From the NCBI GenBank assembly GCA_964016885.1, contig OZ024743.1, positions 184,636,001 through 184,700,000 of the forward strand: a stretch of 64,000 nt of DNA, in the 5' to 3' direction. Made by a program: the position numbers and the translations under genes. Origin of the DNA: Eledone cirrhosa (taxonomy: Eukaryota). The notes below the pieces were generated by a model. That model was not told where the DNA came from and did no database searches. It saw nothing but the letters and a program-made list of their open reading frames with translations. Shown one piece after another: positions 50,100 through 62,829 of this stretch; position 1 is the first letter of the stretch, and each line of letters opens with the position of its first letter.

Positions 50100-51790
50100 T
50101 GTTTCAAAGTGGAAAAGGTGGAGAGTATATAGTCACGATTGACGGGGTACACATTCAATGTGACGCCCGTTCCGGTCTCCATGGGGCATGGCACCGTGGC
50201 TGGGGTGTGCTGTTCTATATGTTTAGGGCACAGGACCGGGCGGCACTGGGCCCCGTGTCAGCCGGTCTCGGCCCATGCGGTGTATTTTCCAATGTTGTGC
50301 GTCCGGTCAAGTGCGAACCTGGTTTACATATGTTTGCCCCACGGGTCTGACACGTCAGATCCCCTAATCCCGTTGGGCCAATCGGGTCTGTGCGTACTCA
50401 TTCCCATGCCCACTGCCTGCGTCACCCGGTGGATTCCATGCTGCAAATGTGCATCTTCTCTGGTGTCTGCATGTCATGATAATTTCACACTTCAGGTTGA
50501 CGGCGTCATCCTTCAGTCTGACTATCTCCATGGCCTCGTGTAGGCACAATCGGCACTTTCTACTTCCAGCCGAATATGCCCTCACGTGGCAAACGATACT
50601 CTATTCCAGGGTGTACGGAGTCCCGTGGTTTTTCAGGTCCCACACCAGGTCCGCTAACCTAGTGGAGTGCCTTTTGCTATGGTCCCTGAAGGAATTCGTG
50701 TGATTATACATCCGCGATTTAAAGGTCGCGGATGTTGCGCCGATGTAGGTGCGATGCGTGTTTTGGGTTGTAAACACACACTTGTATATTACGTCTTTCA
50801 TCAAGCATTTTCCCTGTAGGGGGCACCGTGTGCTCGCTCTACAGTTGCAAGTTCTGCTGTCAGTTCTTGTGCGTCCGATGTCCGGGCCTCGATCTGTTAT
50901 GGCCCACTCAAGGTGTTGTTCTGCCGACACTGTTGTCTCCCCCATGCCACTATTTCCCTCTCGGTGTTGGACAATATCACCCTCTGCGGGTGCTCTGGTC
51001 GCCTCGGGGGTCAGGTTGTCATTTGAGGGCAGGTCCCTGGGTGGTTCTCCGCGCTCCGAAATACGGTCACTCTGTCGCCACGGTTGACGGCCAGTGTGCG
51101 CCATCTTTACCGCGTTAGTTTTAGCCATGTAGTCGGCCATATTCGGCGCTGTGAAGAAGGAAAATTTCACCGTGTGGCGGTTGAAGATTTTGTGATACTT
51201 GTTCATCGGCGGAAAGCACTCATCTAGTGCTCGGAAGAAAAGTCCTGGCACGTTGGTGCGTAAATGTTTGGAGTAAGGCGCATTGAACCAGGTAACAGCC
51301 TTAGATCTGTTCCTACGTGTGCGTGGATTCTTATTGGTGTGTCCAGGGCTCGATGTCCGTCCAGTGCTCGGCCCAAAAACAATTTCGTCCCGTGTGTTGT
51401 CCCTGTCTATTTGCCCGCTACGTTCGTCGTGGTTATGCTCTACAGTTATAAAGTTACGTCGTTCTATGTGGTCATCTATACGTCTATTCCCCTTAGGTCT
51501 ATGTGATGCTGTTGTCGGTGCTGTAGCACTAGAACCAGGTTGGTCGTGCTCCGTGGCGTTTGCCCCGTTCCTATTTGTCGAAGTCCAGAGCTCAAGCCGT
51601 TTCGACGGTCCAGAAATAGCCGTTGAAATGGCTTGAGCTCAAGCCATTTCGACGGCTATTTCTGGACTGTCGAAATGGCTTGAGCTCTGCCGTCGGGGTC
51701 ATACATTTTCCTATTACCCACCCTACTACCCTAAGTATTGAGTACTCTGGTGCGTTATGGTCCATCTGGTTCCTTACCACAACTCCTTCG

Positions 51791-51791
<1 letters not shown>
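50100..51791 (-). mobile_element. Penelope-like element with CxC-x5-C linker and GIY-YIG (Hydra-clade-like), truncated, with inverted terminal segment
   Basis: ORF 50601-51251 has CNCRASTRCPLQGKC, VIY..YIG, FKSRMYNH. A TAG replaces a Trp, then CRLCLHE continues at 50364-50585. Palindrome 51588-51687 and terminal segment run to (TA)n at 51792. Clade name is from memory and needs phylogeny. Confidence 0.8.
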
Positions 51792-51845
<54 letters not shown>

Positions 51846-51848
<3 letters not shown>

Positions 51849-53012
51849 AAAGAGTGAAGAATAACATGGCCAACAGAACAAAAAAGTGTTTATTTACAGT
51901 ATTAACAATTGTTTCACTGATTAAGTTGTCTAAAAATTGCTGAACACTTGAAGTTGTGCACTCAATTTTAAATACGTTGTTAGCTTAACCAGATCATCAG
52001 AAAGGACTGTGAAAAATATACTCAGTGTTTACGAATTCAAATTACAACATCATTAATAAAGAAAGAGAGAGAAAAAAAAGAGAGAAAAAAGAAAAAGATA
52101 TAGAGAAAAAAGATAGAGTGAAAAAAGAAAGAAGAGAAAAGGATGAAGAAAAAAGATGTGCAGGTGAAGGAATGGCGGATACGGAAAGATCCGTTAGGGC
52201 CTGTAAGAGTGGTGAGGGTGGAAATAAAGGGACAAGTGTTGCAGCGGGAACGGGAACAAGGATGAGAGGCGAGTGGAGTCGTGGGAGAGGACGAAAAAGA
52301 ACTGTGAACCAGGAGGTCGCAAAGGTTTCGGGCGCGCTTAAAAGCAGTAATGGGTGGGTTTGGAAAAAAGCGAGAAGTGCCGGGGTCAGAAGAGAGGATG
52401 CGGAAGGAACGGATGATATGTCGCCAGAGTGGTAGGGTTATGGGGGTGGTAGGTGAGAGGGAAAGGAACACGGGTGTTGGAAGGGCGGGGGTGAGGTGAG
52501 AGGGCTGTGGTGCAGTGTTTCACGGGCGCGGGTGAGAGCAGCTTGGATCAAGGTGGCGGGAGGGGGGGATATCCACGCTGGATGAAACAGGAAGCTATGC
52601 TAGAGAGTCGACGAAGACGGAGGAATTGGGAATAGGATATGGAGTGTTTGGTGTGGGTTGGATGGGAGGAGGTGAAGTCGAGGTAAGATTGGGAGTCTAT
52701 TGGTTTAATGTAGATGGAAGTAGAGAGGGTGTGGTGAGAGAGATTAATAGATAGAGAGATATCTAGAAAAGCAACAGAAGAATCGGAGACGGAGGCGGTG
52801 AAATTGAGAGCAGGATGGAAAGATTGGACAAAAGAAAGGAAACATTCGAGCTGTTCTCGTGATAGAGAGGTGGCACCGATACAGTCGTCGATATAACGAC
52901 CGTATAGCTCAGGAGTCGGTCCAGCGCACTGGGAGAAGATCTGGGCTTCGACGTAGTCAACAAACAAGTTGGCATAGTTGGACCCATTCTGTTCCCCATC
53001 TCTACCCCAGAG
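51846..53012 (-). mobile_element. Penelope-like element (Neptune-like) RT/linker remnant with internal deletions
   Basis: NYANLFV, YGRYIDDC, FLDISL, YLDFTSSHP, YSQFLRLRR, AFKRARNLCDLLVHS, CSRSRCNTCP; bounded by microsatellite tracts. Confidence 0.82.
51896..52010 (-). ncRNA. Type I hammerhead ribozyme motif with long stem II
   Basis: Reverse complement acagt..CTGATGA-t-ctggttaag...cttaatcag-t-GAAA-caattg-tta..actgt; palindromic stem III aacaattgtt. Confidence 0.55.
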
Positions 53013-53766
53013 ACGTATGTATATGTACACATATACACACATACATATATACAAACACATATATATATACAAACACACATATATATATACAAACACACAT
53101 ATATATATATATATATACATACACACACACATATATATACACACATATACACACCCACACATATATATATATTAAGAAATCCATACAATTGCGTGTGTCT
53201 GCATTATAGTCATCTCGAAGTTTATACAGGACTATATATACACAAATCTATTCAGATGAGTGAGTGTACGTAACTGTCAAAAATTAGTTTCACTTTTGAG
53301 ACCGGCCGTTTTGACGTATGCCATATATATATATATATATATATAATATATATATACATATATAATATATATATATATATATAAAAGTGTGTGCAGTTGA
53401 AGATAGATGTGTGTATTGTTGTAGGTGTATGTATGTGTGTGTATGCACACATATATACATATGCATAATGTACCTTTTGATTTTCCATTGTAACTTTAAT
53501 GTTGGTAAAGGTATAATTATATTATATTACATTATATTATATATGATTCCTGATCTATATAACCACCTTTGTCTAGCCCTAGGTTTTTTTGCTTTGGACT
53601 ATATTTGTAATATGGTTCTTAATGTCACATACATCCTTAGTAATTTTCATTATATATTTTTATTATTTTTATTATATATTTTTGCAATACTTTAATATAT
53701 GTACACTCCATATTCTTCGGAGCTTCTGGCTTGTATCTGCCGTTATTACTTTTTGTTGTTTGAATT

Positions 53767-53804
53767 GCCCTGATGAGTCCTTAATAGGACGAAACATTGT
53801 CGGC
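53767..53804 (+). ncRNA. Canonical minimal type I hammerhead ribozyme motif
   Basis: gcc-CTGATGA-gtcc-ttaata-ggac-GAAA-c-att-GTC-ggc: intact core with GUC cleavage triplet (cut after 53801). Lies in a TA-bounded segment at ~53390-53850. Confidence 0.8.
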
Positions 53805-53865
53805 TAATAAAGACTTTTGATGTATTGAAGGCTTCTTTGTTTTACTCTCTTAATATATATATATC

Positions 53866-55221
53866 AGGGTAACAGAGGAAGGCAACATCCACACCTGCTT
53901 CTATAAAAAATCCGCCAGCAGGGACCTGTTCGTACATTTCAGATCGGCCCTCCCACTCGGTGCCAAGTTCGGATACATAAAGAACGAACTGGCACGTATC
54001 AAGAACAAATGCACCGACGCCAGAGACCGAGACACACACACCACACATTTCCTGGAAGTACTCAAACTGAACGGATACATGACATCCACCACAAACCGTG
54101 CCAGAAAGAACAGAGGACACCACACCCGAGGCACTAACACTTGCTTCCTGAAGCTCCCACACTTCAGTGAAGAAACAACAACAGCCATCCGCAGAGCCAT
54201 CAGACGAGAAGGTCTGGATATTCAACTGGCCCATTCGGGTCCTTCTTTGCGCGGACGGCTAGCTAAGAGACACTCCACCAGACATGACAACTGCTGCAGA
54301 CTAGCCAACTGCCCCATCAACGACACAGACCTATGCCACCAGGCTTACGTAGTTTACAGACTAGAGTGTGACAAATGCAACAACTTCTACGTAGGTAGCA
54401 CCACCAGACCACTCCACATAAGAATAAAAGAACACCTCAATACTAACGCTTCCTCATTTAAGAAACACCTAGTTAAATGCAAAAACACTGATAAAAACAT
54501 AACAGTTAGGATAGAAACTAAGGAAAGAAACCTCGGCAATCTTAGAATCAAGGAAGCACTCATTATAGATAGAACACATCCACCAATCAATAATAGACTA
54601 GAGCTCAACACCCAATTTATAACCTGATAGGGCCTCTAGCCCCACTTTACACACCCCACACACACGCACGCGCACACCGCAACTTATTCTCTCTCACACA
54701 TACACACACAAAACCAGTTCTAACACCAGATAACACCTACCCCCCACTTTTACGATTAGACCTATCTTCCCACACTCACACACACACACCCACATACCTA
54801 CACCTTCATGCTTTCTCCCACACACATATACAGGCACGCATATAAAATTTAAAAAACACAACAAAAACAAAAACAAAACATAAACAAACCCCTCTTAAAG
54901 GGAGACTACTCTTTATCCACCTAATTTTAATTCTTTGATATTAAAGTTAGAACAGATACTCTATACTATTTCCGGTCAGCATGGCTTCATTAGAAATTTA
55001 AAGACGCTGGCCTGAGACCTTTACATCCCTCCGAAGAAGAGATATTATCTCGAAAATTAAGGACATTTAAATAAATTCAAGGTGAAAGACGAATTCACAT
55101 CAATATCTTTCACTATTGCATTCTTTTTTCTATGTCCATATCTGCATTGTCTTGGCCTCATTACACATATTCTAACGTTTATACCTCATTACACAATGCT
55201 TCAAGTGAACTATAACCTCCT

Positions 55222-55225
<4 letters not shown>
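53866..55225 (+). mobile_element. Penelope-like element, 3' part (RT thumb + GIY-YIG + 3' UTR)
   Basis: VVYRLECDKCNNFYVGSTTRPLHIRIKEH..EALII..PPINN; flanked by (TA)n; hammerhead variant at 55028-55062. Confidence 0.88.
55028..55062 (+). ncRNA. Hammerhead-like variant (CCGAAGA core)
   Basis: cct-CCGAAGA-a-gaga-tatta-tctc-GAAA-atta-agg in the PLE 3' UTR; core U4 replaced by C. Confidence 0.5.
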
Positions 55226-55265
<40 letters not shown>

Positions 55266-55992
55266 GGAAAAGAATGAAACGAAATTTCATTTCTCACTCT
55301 TAGTACGGCTGATACTTAAATGTAAGTATGTATACGTACATACATATATGTATACAGACGTGCAGTAGTATGTATATATATACATACATGCACACATATA
55401 TATATGTACGTATGGGTTTACCGAACATTTATTATAATGTTCGGTTTGTTTGTAAACAAACAGCCATACGTACATATATATATACATACTACTGTACACA
55501 TATATGTATGCACGTATACATACTTACACACATATATATATATACACACACACACACACAAAACCACGCGCACACATACAAAAACCCACGCAACGCCTGT
55601 ACTCGCACACATACGAACGTACACACCAAATACACAGAAAACATATATAAAAAATATATATATACATGTGTGTGTGTGTGTGCGCGCGCGTATACATATA
55701 ATTATATAAACGTATATAAATATACACACATAAATACGTATATAACGCGCGCGCAAACACACCCACATGTAAATACACATATGTTCGCTAAACGTACGTC
55801 AACCAAAACACAAAATACACATAAACATACACCCTACATACGTGCAAAGCCGCATACACACAAACGCAAAACTCACGTATACACATAACCATATACACAT
55901 ATACCAGTATATATAATATAATATATACGCCTATAACAAATACAAGCAAATATACGTACTAGAAAGTAATACATATATATATAATATATATA

Positions 55993-56310
55993 AGTGGAAG
56001 GGATATTTAATTTGTTGGAAATTCAACAAATATAAAAGTTTATAACTGATTCAGAGCACTCGACAGTTTTCTGTAGTAAATATTCAATGATATTAAATAA
56101 ATGGAAACTATATTTATAAAAACTCTATTAATCTCAGAACAGAATTATTTAATTCTTGCAGACATCGTCAAAATTCTACATTCAGAACTATGTGTAATTG
56201 ATAATATTCCTATAAATCTTGAAAATGATCCTATTTTAATATATTAATATCTCTAAATCATAATATCTCTAATATTTGTAGTACTTTCACCTTTCAGCAA
56301 AAATTTCTTA
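55993..56310 (-). mobile_element. Short TA-flanked PLE-type terminus related to 61925-62379
   Basis: Shares tataactgat..agcactcgaca..gatattaaataaatggaaacta.atttataaaa with 61968-62047. Confidence 0.6.
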
Positions 56311-56511
56311 TAATATATATATATATATATATATAATTGTTTCTACTTTAGGCACAAGGCCAGCAATTACCCAGTGCATTACTGGTACTTTATTTTATCG
56401 ACCCCGTAAGGATGAAAGGCAAAGTCAACCTCGGCGGGATTTGAACTCAGATCGTAAAGGGACGTAACTATGCTGGAAAGCATGGCGTCCGACCCTCTAC
56501 CGATACTGCCA

Positions 56512-59500
56512 ATCAAAAGATGGTTAAAAGAGTTCCAAGTATTTTATTATGCGCATTTCAAAAACAAATATCATCATGGGATGATATCCTCGTTCTCATC
56601 AGATAAAATAGGGATACATGATATGAAGCTTAAAAAATACTTGTGAATAGTGAAGTTTAAATCAACATATGAAAAATAAATTAAGATTGATGTATGAGAT
56701 TGGGAAAAAGTGAGGGGGAGTTAAGGAAGACGAAGAAATGAGAGTAAAGAATGGTGGTGGAGGAATATAAGAAGGAAGGATGAGAGAGGAGGAGAGATGG
56801 GTGATAGAGAGAGAGAGAGATAGCCTTTACAACTGAGAAAAATATATATATTGTCTCACAGAGAGAAATTAAAAAGCCGTTGGAAGATAATAGATAATTT
56901 AAAAGAATTTGAAATGAGGTTAATGAGATTTAGGCATGAATTTGAAATGCGGTTAATGAGGTTTATGCATGAAGAAAAAAGAATTAAGAATAATATTAAA
57001 TTAAGGTTTGTATATTGAAGGGTTTAATAATATGTGCGAGGAAAAGAAATTATTAATATGTATTATTAAAATAAAAATATTAATGTTATTAAGGATATAA
57101 TGTGAAAAGAAGGACAAGAATGAATGAGTTATGAATTTAGAGGAATTAGTTAGGGTTTAAGCTTGTTTTTATGTAATGTAATATGTGTACGTAAATAGCT
57201 TGTTTAAAAATGAGCGCAGAAGGTAAAGAAGAAAAGAATGTTTAAGGAAGAAAATATCTAACATCAAAAAATATATATGTTTACGAAATATTTTCTAATG
57301 GTAATAATATAATATATTAAAAGAAATTAGTTAGGGTTTAAGTTTGTTTTTATATATTGTAATATGTAAAAGTCAAATTAAGTATTAGTTTAAAACGAGC
57401 ATGAAAGGATGGAGGATATAAGACAAATTTAAGGAAGAAAAAATCTAACGTCAAAAAATTATATGTTTACGAAGGACTTCTAATGGTAATACTATAATGT
57501 ATTAAAAAAATAATAATTTTTATGGCCAATGATATGATGAAAGATGGAAGAATGGATAATGTTGTGGTGAGTAATAATAAGAATTGAGAAGTAGTTAGGA
57601 AGAAAAGGTACAGATTAGAGGTTAAAAATTAAAAAGAAAAGAGGAAGAAAGGAAAATGATAAAGAGGAATGATATAGAATGAGTAAATTGTATTATATAA
57701 TATATAATAAATAATATTGAAATAAGGTAGAAAGATGGGTATATTTGCAAAAGATATATAAGCCTTTGAGAAAAAGGATTTTAAACTAGTACGGTATTAG
57801 ATATTAGCTGTATACTTTATGGAATGTTTTGTGGAATTTAGGCAAGCAGAGAGAAAATAAATCCGTGCGTCTATTTATTATAGAATTGAAATTAGATATA
57901 ATGGTAAATTTCTCAGCTAGGCAGAGATTACATGTTCTGGATAGGGAGGAATTCAAGTAAGGAAAGGCAGAACAAACTTTTCTCCAAGAGATGTTATAGT
58001 TAATATTTTTGTCTTTCAAGGACCATATGAGTTCCGAGAGTGCCGTGTTAGTTCTTTTAAGTTGGTATCTAAAAGACGAATTATGATTATAAAATCTAGC
58101 TTTGAAGGAGGTGGAACCGAAATAGGTAAAGGAATTGGTATCAGTTATAACCTTACATTCATAGACTAAGTTTTTATCAAGACAATTGTTATTAAGAGGA
58201 CATTTAGTTCTAACAGGGCAATTACAATTGCGATTAGAGAAATTAACAGAGTTATTAACAAGTGACCTAGTGTTATTTATAGGAGGAATTGGATTGGAGA
58301 AGTTATTTACGATAGGAATAATAGTTTCCTGATTTAGATTGGTATTATGAACATTCAACGAAGTTACGTTTGACGTCGTATTTAAGTTTACAGAATCTAG
58401 CCTAGAGTTAACAATGACTTCGGGAGTACTACTGCTATTATTATGACGCTCAGTGTTGGAACGATGTGATTTAATATTTAATATTTTATTGTTGTGTTTA
58501 GAGATAATGTTAGAGATGTTGGAAGAGGTGGAATAAGAAAATTTTATTGTATGTTTGTTAAAGATTTTACTATAGATATGTGAGGGAGGGAAGCATTTAT
58601 CTAAGGCCCTAAAGAATAGTTTAGGAATATTATTATTAATAGAAATAGAGAAAGGAGCATTATACCAGATTATATTTTTGTATCTAGGTCTTTTATTTAA
58701 GTTATTGGAATGTTCATAATTAATTATTTTACTGTAAGACCTTCTAGGATTAGTTTCTTTACTGTATTTAATTTTATCAGGATAACCGGCTTTAGAAAGC
58801 GCATTATTATAGTAATTGGCGTTAGCATCGAAGATATCTTTATTAGAGGATAGGTTTGATATTCTTTTTCCAATATTACTGACTATAGCATTTTTAATGT
58901 TAGTGGGGTGGTTAGATTTAAAATTAACATAATTTACATTCTCATTGTTTTTATGGTAAGGGTAATATAGGCCAGTGTCAAGATTAAGGGATATATCCAA
59001 GAAGTTAGCTAGTTTGACGTTCTTATCAAATTCAATTTTAAGGTTATGTTGCTTAAAGAGATCACGTATATTGTTCTTAATAATATTAAGGTTAACTAAC
59101 TTGGAACTCTTTTAACCATCTTTTGATCTTATATTATTTATACTCCAGTCCTACAAATCCGATATTTGCATTGCTTTATTGTACTACAATAAAACTCACC
59201 TCCTACATTAACTAGCTCCTTAACTGTTTGAGCGCTAACCCTCATATCGGATACCTTTTGATAGTCTTTAATTTTTCTTCTACAACATGGATTATTACAA
59301 CATAACCACTTCAACTAAAGACATTCCTATACCTGGTAAATCTGAATTCACTAAACTTCTGATTGAAAAAAACTGACTCCTTTGTGAGATGGCTTAGATG
59401 GATAGCTTTTTTCCACGACCAGCGCAAAAAAGGAAATTTCTATACTAAAGAACAACTTTCTTGATCATTTATTTAACTCTAGAAGAAATCCTCCTTCCAA

Positions 59501-60050
59501 CAAAAATCTAGTGCAGTTCGAGGAAGAATTAACTAATATTATAAGAAGTCTTAAATTCAAGAGAAACCCTTACAGAGGACAAGAGCACCTTGTAAATCTC
59601 AAGAATACGATTTTAAACCTTAATTCCTCTAAAAATGTCTTAGTCCACTCCGACAAAACTAATAATTTATATGGTGTATCTAGGGATAACTACAATAACC
59701 TTATCCTTAAGGAACTAAGGAAGAATTATCGTAAAACTAACCATGACAATTTGGAATCTATAAACTTTGAAGCTTCTGAGATTATGTCAAAACTTGGCAT
59801 TGAAAAAAAGACCGAACCATTCCTCCCAAGAACTCCGAGGATAAATCTCAAGGATCATAAAAGTAATTTTCGAATGGAACTACCTGTTAGACTAATCGCC
59901 CCCTCTTAATCAGATCTGGGGGTTGTTAATGAAGCCATCTTGGATAGAATAATCCCACAGGTTCGTTCTAATTGCTCTATTTAGAACTTAAATTTATGGT
60001 TTGGTACATCTGAAGTAATTGGCTGGTTCAACAACCTGAATAAGAAAAAC
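56512..60050 (-). mobile_element. Penelope-like element (Hydra-clade-like) with inverted 5' part
   Basis: Minus ORF 57804-59000 holds the RT thumb, CNCPVRTKCPLNNNC and GIY-YIG (LVY..YFG, FKARFYNH, CNLCLAEK). The N-terminal region (STKDIPIP..; ORF 59511-59909) reads on + from ~59287. The 27-mer ttggaactcttttaaccatcttttgat at 59101-59127 is the reverse complement of 56512-56538. Confidence 0.85.
56540..56610 (-). ncRNA. Type I hammerhead ribozyme motif
   Basis: Reverse complement tattttat-CTGATGA-gaacg..atatcatc-ccat-gatgatat..gttttt-GAAA-tgcgca-ta-ataaaata: 8-bp stem I, palindromic stem III atgcgcat. Confidence 0.65.
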
Positions 60051-61575
60051 ATCGATTTGGGGCAGACTATCTTTTTCCCATTTATTCTCCTCATTTAATA
60101 GTCTCTCGTAGTGACACTTCCAGGCTATCTTCTTATCAGTATCAGTGAGCGCAAGTACACCGTTATCATTACGGACACACTTCTCCCCGACAATATCACG
60201 GTTTTCCTTGACACATTGTCTAGCAATCCTGAACACCTTACGTTTTTAGTCCTCACGTTGCAGAACATGCTTGAACTTTCTATCCTCTGCTACCCATTTT
60301 GCAAGGTACACTTGTCTCCTAGCTTCTCTCCTGGCCACTTGATAGTGCTCTCTACTTCCCCTATCCTGCCATTCTTTCCAAGTCTGCTTTTTGGCCTTGA
60401 TTGTCTCTTCCACCTTACTGTTCCACCACCAAGTTACTCTCTTCCCTCCAATAGGTCTGCTCCAGCCACAGATTTCATCCGTTGCTTTCAGCAGGTTCAC
60501 TTTCAAGAATTGCCACTGTTCCTCTATATTGCACGTCTCTAATTGCTCTTCCTTATTGTCAAAGGCATCAAGTAATAAGCTTTTAAATTTCTCACTGGCT
60601 ATGGGGTCCTTCAACTTCCATATTCTCCTCCTCAAGGTAGGCCTCCTCTGTCGTCGAGTACGTCGATTCCTGACTATGAGGTCACTAACTACTAGGCTAT
60701 GTTGGGAGGTGCATTCTTCACAGGGGAGGGATTTAGTGTTTACAACAGACATTTTGTCCCGTCTTCTAGTAAGGATATAATCTATCTGGCTAGCGTGTTC
60801 CCCTGATCTATAGGTGATCAAGAGGTTTTCACGTTTTTTGAAGTTTGTGTTACAGATAGTTAGGCTATTTGCGTCACAGAATTCCAGGACTCTGAAGCCC
60901 TCATTTCTATTTCCAACCCCATAGCCTCCATGGATTCCATCATAGCCATCACTATGTTGTCCAACGTGACCGTTTAGATCGCCAGCAATAATTAAGTAGT
61001 CACTGTCGGTTATTTGGGAGGTAGTGTGCATTAGCATCTCATAGAACCTGTCCTTTATAAGGTCAGGTAGACCAGATTGGGCTGCATAAGCAGATATTAT
61101 TGTCACAGTAGTTCTATTTAGACCTAGTCTTAATTCAATTATTCTGTCATTCACTCTATTTACGTCAATTACCTTATCTACCCATTTTTCAGCTAACATA
61201 ATTCCTACAACACCCTGTCTGTTGTCATTTCCCACCCAGAAAAGTTTATAGCATCGTTTTTTACCTACGATGAATCTGACAGACCCCCCTCTCCACCTAG
61301 TCTCTTGAATACAACAAACATCAACTTCTTTACGTTCAAGCATCTCTACAACCTCATTTGAGTGACTTTTCAATGTGCCTACGTTCATGGTACCAACTCT
61401 GAAGTTGGGAGGGTGGGATGGATGAGTTGGAGGGGCAGGGAGGGGTGGAGGAGACGGGACTTTGTTGGTCTTCTGTGTCTGAAATAAAGAGGGGTCCTTG
61501 TATTCTCGTCTTGCAGCAGGAGATGAATTTATCTTTATCTGTGACATCGTCATTGAGTGCTTAGACTTTTCAAAT
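60051..61575 (-). mobile_element. RTE LINE copy 5: 5' half with complete APE endonuclease, 3'-truncated
   Basis: Likely ATG at 61553 (MTMSQ..); GTMNVGTL, CIQETRW, SAYA.Q, GDLNGHVG, QIDYIL, SQHSLVV. More diverged subfamily; joined directly to the inverted PLE 5' part at ~60050. Confidence 0.9.
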
Positions 61576-61865
61576 TTATATAATATATATATATATATAT
61601 ACATAATATAATATATATATATAATATATATATATATAATATATATATATACATAATATAATATATATATATAATATATATATATAATATATATATATAA
61701 TATATATATATATACATAATATAATATATATATAATATATATATATATACATAATATAATATATATATTATATATATATACATAATATAATATATATATT
61801 ATATATATATACATAATATAATATATATATATAATATATATATATAATATATATATATATACATA

Positions 61866-61908
<43 letters not shown>

Positions 61909-61924
61909 TATATAATATATATAT
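61576..61924. repeat. Compound (TA)n minisatellite with recurring acataatataat unit
   Basis: Repeated unit (ta)n-cataatataa-(ta)n-a seen about 8 times. Confidence 0.85.
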
Positions 61925-62010
61925 GGAAAGTTATATTTAAATTGTTGGGTTACAACTAGTAAATATTTATAACTGATATAAAAGCACTCGACAAGTATTT
62001 GGAGTATATT

Positions 62011-62377
62011 TACGATATTAAATAAATGGAAACTACATTTATAAAACCATATTTATTTAATTATATATATTTCAGGGATATCATATTAACAATATGCAAT
62101 GCCTTCCTCAGACAAAATACAATATAAACAGTTTTATAGATAAATAGATTTGACATACTGTACAACATCGACTTGTATTTGAAAAGTTGAACTGCCAATT
62201 CAACTTTTCAAATACAAGTCGATGTTGTACGGTATGTCAAATCTATTTATCTATAAAACTGTTTATATTGTATTTTGTCTGAGGAAGGCATTGCATATTG
62301 TTAATATGATATCCCTGAAATATATATAATGAAATAAATATGGTTTTATAAATGTAGTTTCCATTTATTTAATATCG

Positions 62378-62379
<2 letters not shown>
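62011..62379. repeat. Long near-perfect palindrome (181-bp arms, 7-nt loop)
   Basis: 62011-62191 is the reverse complement of 62199-62379 with about 2 mismatches; loop ctgccaa. Confidence 0.92.
62271..62336 (+). ncRNA. Type I hammerhead motif inside the palindrome (mirror copy on - at 62054-62119)
   Basis: tattttgt-CTGAGGA-agg..catatt-gtt-aatatg..cct-GAAA-tatata-ta-atgaaata. Confidence 0.6.
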
Positions 62380-62461
<82 letters not shown>

Positions 62462-62577
62462 TATAATATATATATTATATGTATATAATATATATATATA
62501 ATTTATATATATAATATATATATATATAATATATATTAATATATATATATATATATATGTTATTTTGATCTAAAGAC

Positions 62578-62760
62578 ATTTTTTCCAATTCCATCCCGCC
62601 CGTCCCCTCAATCTATCTTATTTCTCATTCTTTCTTCTGATGAAGGACTAGCGTCCGAAACGTTAAGACCCTCTTCCTGCTATATCAAGCGTTAACCTAA
62701 TATATCACTTCCATATACCATACCGATTGTGTTGTTATTTCTGTTTACCTTTTACATACA
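62578..62760 (+). mobile_element. Solo PLE-type terminal repeat with hammerhead
   Basis: Near-identical to 4400-4580; TA-flanked. Confidence 0.75.
62633..62668 (+). ncRNA. Minimal type I hammerhead ribozyme motif, palindromic stem III
   Basis: tctt-CTGATGA-a-ggac-tagc-gtcc-GAAA-cg-tt-aaga; AACGTT palindrome. Confidence 0.75.
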
Positions 62761-62788
62761 TGTATATATATATATATATATACATACA

Positions 62789-62826
<38 letters not shown>

Positions 62827-62829
62827 TAT

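Noticed and set aside
50586-50603. In-frame stop within the PLE endonuclease as possible selenocysteine recoding
   Set aside because: The stop is TAG at a position where the related PLE has Trp (TGG to TAG); it is not TGA at a Cys position.
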